Assembly: GCA_000091205.1 (NCBI GenBank)
Contig: AP006502.2
Origin: Cyanidioschyzon merolae
Taxonomy: Eukaryota
Length of the DNA: 64,000 nt
Reading direction: 5' to 3' (one strand)
The position numbers were made by a program, and so were the translations under genes. Under the pieces are notes generated by a model, which saw only the letters and a list, made by a program, of their open reading frames with translations, was not told where the DNA came from and searched no databases. Positions 9,515-18,609 of the stretch are shown here, one piece after another; position 1 is the first letter of the stretch, and each line of letters opens with the position of its first letter.

Positions 9515-11801
9515 ATGAAAAAGCAAGTCGACGATCCAGGAGGCCCAGTGTCGCCGGCTGCCAGAAAGAAAAAACAAAACACAGTGCCGAGTCCAGAAGA
9601 AGAGGAGAAGAAAAAGAAGCAAAAGGAGGAGGCTCTACGTCGAGTGCTGCAAGAAAGACAACTGTACGACGAGATGGTTGTGAAAGCTGGTCTTCTTGGA
9701 TATATCAAGGATCCCTACAGGGAAAAGTTCCGAGGCGCTATCAGAAAACGTGTCGATTCGTACTCCAAGAGTACTGTCAAGGCGTCGTCAGGACTGATGC
9801 ACTCGGCGAGGGAGATGTATCGCGACGTGACGTACATGGAAACAGTCGAGGTCCCAGACGAGTTGTTCGACACGACCTTTATTCGATACTTGATGCTCGG
9901 TACCGGGGAGATGCGAAGGGAAAATGAGCGAGTGCACGCCCTCTGCCAAAAATACTCCTTCTACAGCTTCGAGGGTACTCGAAACAAGGGTGACTCGTGC
10001 ATTTACGAATACGGAGCGATAAAGTACCCCACGAACCTGAATAAACATTTGACCGTGAACCTCGAACGTTTCATGATACGCGCCGTGTTTGCACTCTACC
10101 CGGGCATCTCTCGCAAAGCGATATGGATCATCATCGATAGCATCAAAAACGATAGTAAGAATGAACAGGAGATCGAACTTGTTCACGAGAAGACATCATG
10201 CAGGAAAACGAATGAAGCTTCTGTAATCCGTGCGGCTATACAAGAGCACCGTGCAGCACTGGGGCTGGCGAGTCCAGCAGAAAAGATATCAGAGTTGAAA
10301 AAAGATAAGAAAAGATACGATCGCCCTGTCCTGCGCTATTCCATATTCCTGAACGGAGAACTGGAACGCAGGGCCGATATGGAGCACGGTGTGGAAGCAA
10401 ATGCAGTGCCGGAGAAACGGGAAGCTGCGCTTCTGGCGAGGCATTTCAACGTCGTTCGGTTACGCGAGATCAAGTCCCATTTGTGACGATCGACTCCACA
10501 GTCTTTCAGGACATCATGAAGGAGATCTGTCCGGATTTCGATGTCAGCAGGGAGGTGTTCTCCGGTGAAAACCGGGAGACGTTTGAAATCGAAGATATTC
10601 TGCTTCGATTTCAAACGCCTCAAAGTGAGCAAGCAAAAGCTATCCGCGGGGATGATCGAAACCGATGGCGTAGCCATGTGTGTTGACTATCGGCGGTTGA
10701 AAAGCGATCGTCCTGGCCCGTCTTCGATATTGCCCGTGACGAAGCATGAAGATGAGAAGGAGGCGGGTCCTGCGACGCAGGAGGTGGAGGATAACGGCTT
10801 TATCGTTGGCGCGGTGAAGCATGATGAAAACAAGAAGGCGGATCCTGCCACGCAGAAAGCGCAGGATAACGACTTTGTCGTTGGCGCGGACCCTGGGAAC
10901 ACGAATATCATAGCCATCGCAGTACCGAAGCGTGCGGAATATGGTCACGACGGTAACTTGCGCCAGAAGGACATGCGTCTGTCGAGATTCTCGACAGCGA
11001 GATACCATTGAGAATCCAGTATAATGAATGTGAGGAAGAAAATCGAGACATGGAATCCAGGAATGAAAGAGCATCTGGAAGCGATGAGCGAGGTGACGAG
11101 TCGCGGAGCGGACTGTAAAGCTTTTCGGAATTTCATGGAAGTTCGTGTTGCGCATTGGGATGCACTGTGGGAGGAGTATACAAAGCCCTGGTGGGATCGT
11201 CTACGTATTAATCTATACTGTCGGAAGCAAGGTGCATTCAAGAAAATTTTCGATGAGTTCAGCGCCTTGAAGGAGGATGAAAGTCAGAGGCTCGCATTAG
11301 CGTACGGAGCAGGGCGCTGGGCTCCGAAAAAAGGGTGTACACCAGCTCCAACTACAAGAACATACAAGGAGTGCGCAAGGCGTTTCGCTACGATACCTGC
11401 AGATGAGTTCCGAACATCGTATACACACCATGGACTGGGGTGCACATTTCAAAAGGTCGAGATGGGAAAGTGTTAACGGAGCCCTGAAGATATCAAAAAA
11501 GTACGGACCGCTGACAGAAGAGCAAATGGAAAGAAAAGCGAATGTTCGAGGGCTATTCGCATTAGTAAGTACAACCAATGGCAAGAAACTTATGCGATTC
11601 CTGTATCGCGACTTTGAGGCCGCTATCAATATAAGGGCATGTGCGGTGCTGGAGCATAGACCTCCAGAGTTGACACGAGAGAATTTTATGGGGCAACCTG
11701 TCAAAGTGGGACTATATGAGAAAACTATGAAACCAGTAGCAGGTGGCCGGTCGAGAGAAACTGGGAGGCGTCTGCAGCTCAGTTGGCGACTTCGTGTCTA
11801 G
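9515..11801 (+). pseudogene. Fanzor/TnpB-like RuvC nuclease (OMEGA family), disrupted
   Basis: The N-terminus is Lys-rich (KKKQN..EEEEKKKKQKEE) and NLS-like. RuvC-I is VVGADPGNTNIIAIAV at about 10881-10930. A TS..C zinc-finger region (DEFRTSYTHHGLGC) follows. RuvC-III is RDFEAAINIRA at about 11607-11640, matching the TnpB RDxNAAxNI signature. The reading frame is broken by stops at 10484-86 and 11009-11 and by frame shifts near 10480, 10630 and 11400-11476. Confidence 0.7.
10741..10890 (+). repeat. 75-bp direct tandem duplication inside the Fanzor-like ORF, just upstream of RuvC-I
   Basis: Unit 1 is 10741-10815 (gaagcatgaagatgagaagg...cgttggcgcggt) and unit 2 is 10816-10890. They encode HEDEKEAGPATQEVEDNGFIVGAV and KHDENKKADPATQKAQDNDFVVGAD. 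The duplication is in-frame and present in both element copies. Confidence 0.6.
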
Positions 11802-11818
11802 GGCGCGGGTCACGCGCC
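11802..11818 (+). other. GC stem-loop (GGCGCG-ggtca-CGCGCC) immediately after the Fanzor-like stop codon, near the right end of the element
   Basis: A perfect 6-bp inverted repeat with a 5-nt loop, read directly. It is conserved in copy 2 at 40240-40256. Its position at the 3' end of the nuclease ORF is where TnpB/Fanzor guide-RNA scaffolds and IS605-type end hairpins lie. Confidence 0.35.
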
Positions 11819-11963
11819 ACTACTGTACACCGGTGGCGTCGTTCGACTCTCGAACGGCGTTTGGTACGTGAGGAACAAGTTACCGGCCTCTGATGCGTGC
11901 TTCGCTTCAAGCCTCGGGTGACAAAGTCGTTTTCATCAGGACTGTACCGTTTCTTTCTTTCGT

Positions 11964-12917
11964 TTGGTTTGCGGATCGTGCGGAATGACCGCGCTCTGGG
12001 AGGAAGCTTTTGGCTCAGGGGTCTGGGCAGCGCTCATTGCCATGCTCGTGTGTGCGCTTATAGAGCGCTTCGGTGGCGCGGTCGGCGGTGTTCTGGCTAC
12101 TGTACCGGGCACCATTACACCAGCGTCGATTGGTATGTGGCTTGCGCGGAAGGATGTGGTGTCGTTTCGATCCAGTATGGCGTCTGCACCGGTGGGGCTG
12201 CTCGTGAACGCCGGCTTTTTGACGTTCTGGCGATATCTGCCCTACTGGGTTGAGCGCCTCCATCTGCGTCGCTCTGTGCAGTTGCTGCTACTGGTGGGCG
12301 GCTCACTCACACTCTGGGCGCTGCTAGCAATCCCAGTGATGGTTCTGGTGTCGTGGCTGCGTCATCGAGAGCAGATGCTCATTCTCTATGCGCTCGGCAC
12401 TGGAAGCGCATTGCTGGTGCTCGTAGTCGGTGTCGCTGGGACGTGGCACACGCCCAAGAGCACCAGCAGGGCCAGCGGTATTCCATGGTGGATGCATCCG
12501 GTGCGAGCCTTGCTGGCGTTCTTTGTGGTGACCGCTGCGGTGTGGCTATCGCATCAATGGCCAGCGCTCGCTGGGATTTTAGCGGTGTGGCCGGCTGTCT
12601 TCCTCACCACCATGGTTGCACTCTGGTGGAGCCATGGAGGTGATTTCCAAACGAGTGCCGCATTTCCCATGATCCTTGGACTTTGGGCACCTATGTTATT
12701 TTGTGGACTTGTTTGCTTTTTATATCCTCGTTTTGATGTAAGCATTGGTTGTATCTTGTCGTGGCTGCTTGCAGTGGCGCTTGGCACGATTCCTCTCGCA
12801 GGGTACATCCGCTGGCGCCAAGCGGCAGTCACGCTAGAGCATTTCCCTGTGAATCTACGTACCGCTGAGGATCTTTTCGTTGAGAACGCTCCTGAAAGTT
12901 CACAGTCATTGGCGTAG
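11964..12917 (+). CDS. hypothetical multi-pass membrane protein
   Basis: ORF of 317 aa, almost entirely hydrophobic helices (AALIAMLVCALI, LLLLVGGSLTLWALLAIPVMVLV, ALLAFFVVTAAVWL). I recognise no family motif. The ATG at 11975 is a possible start. Confidence 0.4.
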   Translation: MVCGSCGMTALWEEAFGSGVWAALIAMLVCALIERFGGAVGGVLATVPGTITPASIGMWLARKDVVSFRSSMASAPVGLLVNAGFLTFWRYLPYWVERLHLRRSVQLLLLVGGSLTLWALLAIPVMVLVSWLRHREQMLILYALGTGSALLVLVVGVAGTWHTPKSTSRASGIPWWMHPVRALLAFFVVTAAVWLSHQWPALAGILAVWPAVFLTTMVALWWSHGGDFQTSAAFPMILGLWAPMLFCGLVCFLYPRFDVSIGCILSWLLAVALGTIPLAGYIRWRQAAVTLEHFPVNLRTAEDLFVENAPESSQSLA

Positions 12918-13952
12918 ATGAAGCGTTTTCCTGTGCAACAACGGGATGCTGAGGATCCTATCGAAGAGATCGCAGCCAACCGCTCACAAGCGTTTGCGTA
13001 AACGCAGTCCTTGCGCCATATCGGTCGCCGAGGTTGATCCAGCGTTTACGTACAGCGTTCTGTCCATTCATTTGCTTTCGATCAAACGATGTAGTTGCAT
13101 ATGAATCACATGTGACATGCAGTTGGGAGAAGCGGAATGGCACACGGGCTCCCGTGTATCGTACTAGGATGCAAACGCATGTGCAATGTGTGTGTGTGTG
13201 TCTGTGTAAAAGGGAAGTCTTGAATCGGCTGCAATCCACGGATGAATTCACACCACGCTTTGAGAGTTTTCTGTCAAGATCTGGGTTTCCCTGACCATTT
13301 GTGAGCTCTCGTGATGGAACAAAGCTGTTTTTGGATATAGAACGTGTTTATCGAGGACATTTTCCATGGATATCAGGTGATATTCAGAACAGGGGATTCT
13401 ACAATGCCTGTACCAGCATAACTTGTTTGTTTTAGGTGTATTATCGCTGGTATTCGATAAATTAAATGAATTTATCGTGTAGATTGGAGAAAGGTCGCGT
13501 AAATACTTGATGATGTGACTGGTAGTTTGCGAACAACGGCCTTGCATGTACGCATCAGTCACACCACATTCAGCAGGTGTGTGAATCACGCGCCTCGTAG
13601 ACCTTCCAATGAACGTCGTGTACCCGAAACAGAAGTTATCAAACGATATCCACGCGATTGTCTCGTATTCAATGTATTCCCGTATAGAATCCCACTGAGA
13701 AATTCGATTAGTGAAGCCACCGGACGTGAACTATTCGCACTGTTGACATGGACGGCGTTGAATAGACATGGATGGATAAAGGAGAAAGCACGCTTGGATG
13801 CCAAACCGTCTCGTGTTCAAAAGTGCACTGTCGATTTCGCAGTCAACCGATGACGCCGCTTTCAGGTTGGAAAGATGCTCGTTTCACTCGATGAGATTTC
13901 AGTCGGGAGACATGGCAGACTTGTATGTAGACATTGAAAGAGAGGTAAACCG

Positions 13953-15885
13953 CTGTTCGTAAGGAGGAGACGAGCGAGCATGCCGATATCATCCGTTCGC
14001 GGGCGATTCAATCGTACGATCGCCTAAACAGGTAACACAATACGCAGGACCTAACAGCACCTCATCCTTCGTCGAGGCACTCGTCGGGTTTCCCGCTTCC
14101 TATGATGTTCCGTGCTGCTTTCAGGAAACGCTGGTTTCCATCACTCAGAATCTGCCAAGGAGTATGCAACTGAGGCTGGCATTGAGCCGCTCTTCGTGCC
14201 CGCCTATTCTTTCTGGCTCACTCCGATTGAGGGCGTTCCCTCTGTTCCCGAACGCCATTGTTACGTTAACGGATCATTAGACGGGTCACTCGCTTCTACG
14301 ACACCGTTCTTTGAGGAATCGTTCTCTGCACTCAACAATCCTGAGCCGCTGTGTTGCTTTTCTGCTCGTTGGCGGGATGCGGTGGAGGCGCGCGCTTCGG
14401 TCTGTGGGTGTTCGCGCTACGGAAAACGCCATGAAAAGGCACCTGAGACAGCACAGATCCATGGAGACATAGAAGGAGCGAGTTCCGGAGCCACCGTCTA
14501 CCCAGTGCCTCTGGAATCCGACGAGAAAGCGTACATAGCGTACAGCGACGATACCCATGACTCCCCGCCATGTCAAGGACACGGCGATGGAAGAGCTGGT
14601 CTCCGCGGGCAAGTACGCAGCATTCGAACAACTCTGCGAAGGGCAATCAGGAACGCGCCCAGGTTTTCTTGCCTACAGGGATAGGCTGAAGGAAATGTAC
14701 ACGGGCGACAGACGCTGATGGAATATCAATCAGCACGCACTTTGTGAAGCCGGGACCTCTGTCGCGACATTGGACGCATGCCCGAGCCCTCACAGTAGAG
14801 GAAGCGAAGCGAACGCTTTGTGGCGGGCGTGGATCCCGCGTCGAAGAACATCACATTCATCGCCGTATCGCTAGATATAGCGGACGCAACCAAAGACCTG
14901 ACCTGAAACCAGGTGAAGCCGTTTAACTTTCCCACTACGCGATTTCATTGGGATTCGGGTACGGTGGAAGTCCGGAGGTATCCGAACATCTGGAACGACA
15001 AGGTCGGAACCGATCCCGATGCACCGAGCACCGTACGGAGCAGAGGCGAATGCTTCGTGCGCTTCATTCAGGAAGTACGCGAGTGTCGAAATGAACCATA
15101 TGGGCGGTTGCTGGCAGGATAACCTGGGATCACGCTGAACTCGGCAACGGTATCGGTAGAACGTAGACACGACTCGCGCATTCGCCACTTCCCTCAACGG
15201 GCCGGAAACCCAGGTGATCTCAAAGTCGTGTCGTTTGGTGATACAAGTCAATGGCCTTAGACGTGATGCAATGCCCAGAAGCCCGCACTCCCGGTCAAAC
15301 GGCCAGACCGAACAACGAGTCCAGGAATCGAGTATCTGCGAGACCCATCGATGCGTTCAGCACGACATGTGTACGCATCACGAGCATGCGGGCCCGCTGA
15401 ATCTGGTAGAAAGAAGAGCGCGACACATAGACGGATGCACGAGAAGGTGCACAGTGAGGTGACTGAGCGTCAAATGGCGAGGCGGTTGCAGGTGGGAAAC
15501 GTGCTATGGTGTGATTCCAAAAGGCATTCATGTGCGCTGGGGCACGCCCCGCATTGAGCACTGAACGTGTCGAACGGCAACCGATGATGACCCGCGCTTC
15601 CGGAGCGTCCAGCTGCTTTGTATGGCGCGAATGTTCAAGCGAATCGTTTCATAGCTCGTGTAGGCACTGTGGAAAATGCGGAGCACGTTCGAGAGCGTAA
15701 AATTAGGGTGCCGGAGAGAAGGCACTGGATTCTCGCCTGGATCCAGGCAGTCGTGTAGACCGGTTCAGCAATCCATCAAGGCTGGGTCACCTTGTTTAGA
15801 GATAAACCAGGGCGGATTTCCCTTTGGGAGACTGGTGAAACAACAAGGGATACGATTCCTCGACATTGCAGGGTATACATGAAGA
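13953..15885 (+). mobile_element. Repeat family B copy 1: 1.9-kb interspersed repeat containing a Tc1/mariner-type transposase C-terminal fragment
   Basis: Co-linear with 30454-32386 at an offset of 16501 bp. Paired ORFs are near-identical and the flanks are unrelated. Confidence 0.65.
14106..14684 (+). pseudogene. DDE transposase tail (Tc1/mariner/IS630-like), 5'-truncated and degenerate
   Basis: LLSGNAGFHHSESAKEYATEAGIEPLFVPAYSFWLTPIEG aligns with the mariner ..DNAxxHxs..vkefl...gi..l.wPaYSPDLNPIE block, including the third catalytic E. The DDE residues upstream are absent: the repeat begins only about 150 bp upstream. Confidence 0.5.
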
Positions 15886-16058
15886 AACATTTTCATTTTT
15901 GCATGCACTGCGCTCTTTATGGGGCACAAATCCGAATCCATATGAGGTTTCATGTTGAATGATCACCGAACCCTAACATGCCACATGTAAGCTTCCCGCA
16001 AACTCTTTCAGGATAAAGTTCTCATAGAGGCTCGCTGCATCGCGAGCCTCGGAGAGGG

Positions 16059-16087
16059 ACCACCACCACCACCACCACCACCACCAT
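16059..16087. repeat. (CAC)n microsatellite
   Basis: caccaccaccaccaccaccaccacca, read directly. Confidence 0.8.
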
Positions 16088-18609
16088 GTTTTGGTATTCC
16101 TGCGGAGAGCGACTGCGGACATCACTCGCGCGGCCGAGCGCTCGTCGTTTGTACGCGCCCTTAGACCAGTTCACGGGTTTCCGCTGGTCAAAGATGACGA
16201 TTCGTAACCACCGTTTCCCTTTCGAAGGTCGTAGTGCGTCTCACTATTACACGGGGGACAGTCGTGTGTCACGTACAGGTGCGAGCGCGCTGCACACTGC
16301 ACAACCGCTGCGCGGGTTCGACGCAGGGACACTGCGGCCTGCAGCGGGTCAGCGGTACCCGACCGCAAGCATGCGCGCTCCCTGTGCTGGCTACCAGCTG
16401 CCACCGGACTATGTGATTGTCGCGATTGCAGGAGCTTTGCTCGCTGGAGCGGGGTTCATGCTTCGGAGTCTTGGTGATGTGATCGGAGAAGAGTCGCGAC
16501 TTCCGTCAGCGAGCAGTGCGAAGACGCGCAGGGAGCTGTACGGAAGCCGGCGTTATTTGCAGAAAAAACCGCCTCGAGACACAAAATGAATACAGATATG
16601 CCTCTAAAGACTAGCCAAGAGATGTTTCTCTGCTCAGCAAGGCGTCACGAGTGTTTTTAATTTTGGAGAAGGGGAAAGCGCGAACGATTCTCCAGGTCCG
16701 TCACCAATGAGGATTCGTAATGGAGCAGCAGATGCTGTGCATGGGACACGCGTTTCTTGAGCAGAGATTCACCCGGTCGTGTGTGACTAGAGCCAAAATA
16801 TGGCGTGACCAGCGTGGGTGGAGCATGTGCGCGAACAGGTCGGGCGTCTCTCCCGGTGGTATTCATCGCCATTGAAAAATTGCTTCCAGTGCGTTTTCTG
16901 GTCACTGTGCATCAGGAAAAGAGCTTTGCTGACCGCGCATAGAACGCTAACGCATCGACTTTTTATGTGCATTGAGTATGTGGCCGCGTCAGGGCGATCC
17001 TCTGCGCCTTATGCGCCGTGCACACGGTACCGGCTCGATACCGAGGTGGTGGTCGTTTGTCGGACTCGAGGCGAGCACAGGTGTAGCTGCACTGCGTCGA
17101 GACATTTGAGATTTTCAGGTGGTGCGAAATCGTGTTTACTGGACTATCAATCAGCGTCCTTGCTAACGATGCTGTGGCTCTCTTGCGTCAGGATGGACAC
17201 CGAGGCTGGCAGCTGTTCCGTAGGAGACGCGACCTTAACACACGCGATGCGATTTCGCTTGTTTTCTCGATGATGCTTTTCGGGGCCAGGGCCCTGGTGT
17301 TGTCGGCGTCGTTGTTGCGGATGCAGTTGCTCGCCCATGGGCCATGAGCGTCTCTGAACGTAATCTCGCCATGACTGGGACTTTGGATGAAACCGCTCTT
17401 CCTTGATGGAGCGCTGTGCGGCGGCGGATGGATCTCGGAGACATTTGTATCAGCTGAGTGTTTTATGGCCCGGCGACTGTCTGTCACCGTTTTTACGGCG
17501 ACAACCGGATGCATGCATCGATCCGAGGCTGATATGAAACCGGATACATCCGATCGCCCATATCTGTGAACGATTTTGTATGGTATATAATCGATAAATC
17601 TGACCAGAATCCCCGGAATGCGCGGTTGCCTTCGGCGACCACGAAAGAGACCGCCGCGTGCCTGTCGATGCTTGGATGTCCTGTCGACGTGAGGCGACTC
17701 TTCCCATCGGAGACGCGGATACGCTTCAACCAATTGAGGGTTAGCGGGCGCCGATCCAACCGTGGAAGCTTGCTGCTACGCTGAATGCTTCGTTCCCTAA
17801 GAGACAGGGTTTTAATCGATCGAAAGACAAATTTGGACTGGCCAACACGCCCACGAAGGCTCGCGGCAAAAATCCCGAATCCTTCGCTGCCAACATCCTC
17901 TAGAAATCGTACAGCTTTCCGATTCTCGTACGGGCGTCTGCTCTTGGTTGCCAGAGGGTTGTGAGCTGAACGACCCCACAACGCGCCTTGGCTCTCCGTG
18001 ATGCCGGTAGCAGTCGCGCGCTCCTGCATCGCTGCGTACCAGCTCCGATCCTGACCCATGACGGAGCGGGCGCGCCAGGTCTTTTGATCACCGACATGCG
18101 TGCGCAGCGACGGTCTGTCCTGAATATCAATATTCGTACAGTTTCTGTTTCGTGTTTCCAGCACGCCGCGATGCACGTTTTCCGCGCGCGAGCATTCAGT
18201 TGCCACGTGCGCCGTCGCCAGGGAGATTGCAACGCCACTGCCAGTTGCGATCTGCGCTGCGTGATGCAGGGCACGCTGTGCACGCTCGCGCACCGCTGCG
18301 ATTCAAAAAGATCGCACGATCCGGTGCACGCGCGCACGCATTCGCCAGCATCCGTGTCGCACATGCGCGCTCGCACGATGTGTGCTATCATGCGACCTCT
18401 AGTGCGTACGCACGAGGTATCGCGTAACCCTTGTGTGCGAGTTGGAACCGGGCACTCTGAACGAATCGATAACGCATTTGACAGTCGAGGGATATTTTAT
18501 GCTTAAGGGAATGGGGAAAGGTTGTGCTGTACGATTTAGGGACGGGAGCGCAGCGAACACACTGGGCGAGACGGAACAGTCTTGTGCTGGTCGCTCGTGT
18601 TACGGGCAG

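Larger units (their letters stand above)
6902..11830 (+). mobile_element. Repeat family A copy 1: 4.9-kb interspersed element carrying a Fanzor/TnpB-like gene remnant
   Basis: Co-linear with 35340-40268 at a constant offset of about 28438-28441 bp. Identity is roughly 98% over most of the length, judged from near-identical ORF translations. The flanks are unrelated on both sides. Confidence 0.7.

Noticed and set aside
10484-11476. Introns as the explanation for the stops and frame changes inside the Fanzor-like ORF, for example GTAAGT at 11566-11571 and a possible 27-nt gt..ag segment at 10483-10509
   Set aside because: Copy 2 reads straight through the 11009 stop (CGA versus TGA). The candidate mini-intron does not restore frame. 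No acceptor follows the GTAAGT, and neighbouring host genes are intronless. Decay is more parsimonious, although very short introns cannot be fully excluded without RNA data.
16600-18400. Several 150-270-aa ORFs on both strands (17493..18293 -, 17188..17733 -, 17900..18391 -, 17988..18506 +)
   Set aside because: They are mutually overlapping, Arg/Ala/Ser-rich and without recognisable motifs. This is probably intergenic or promoter sequence of the BASS gene, or a gene too divergent for me to call.
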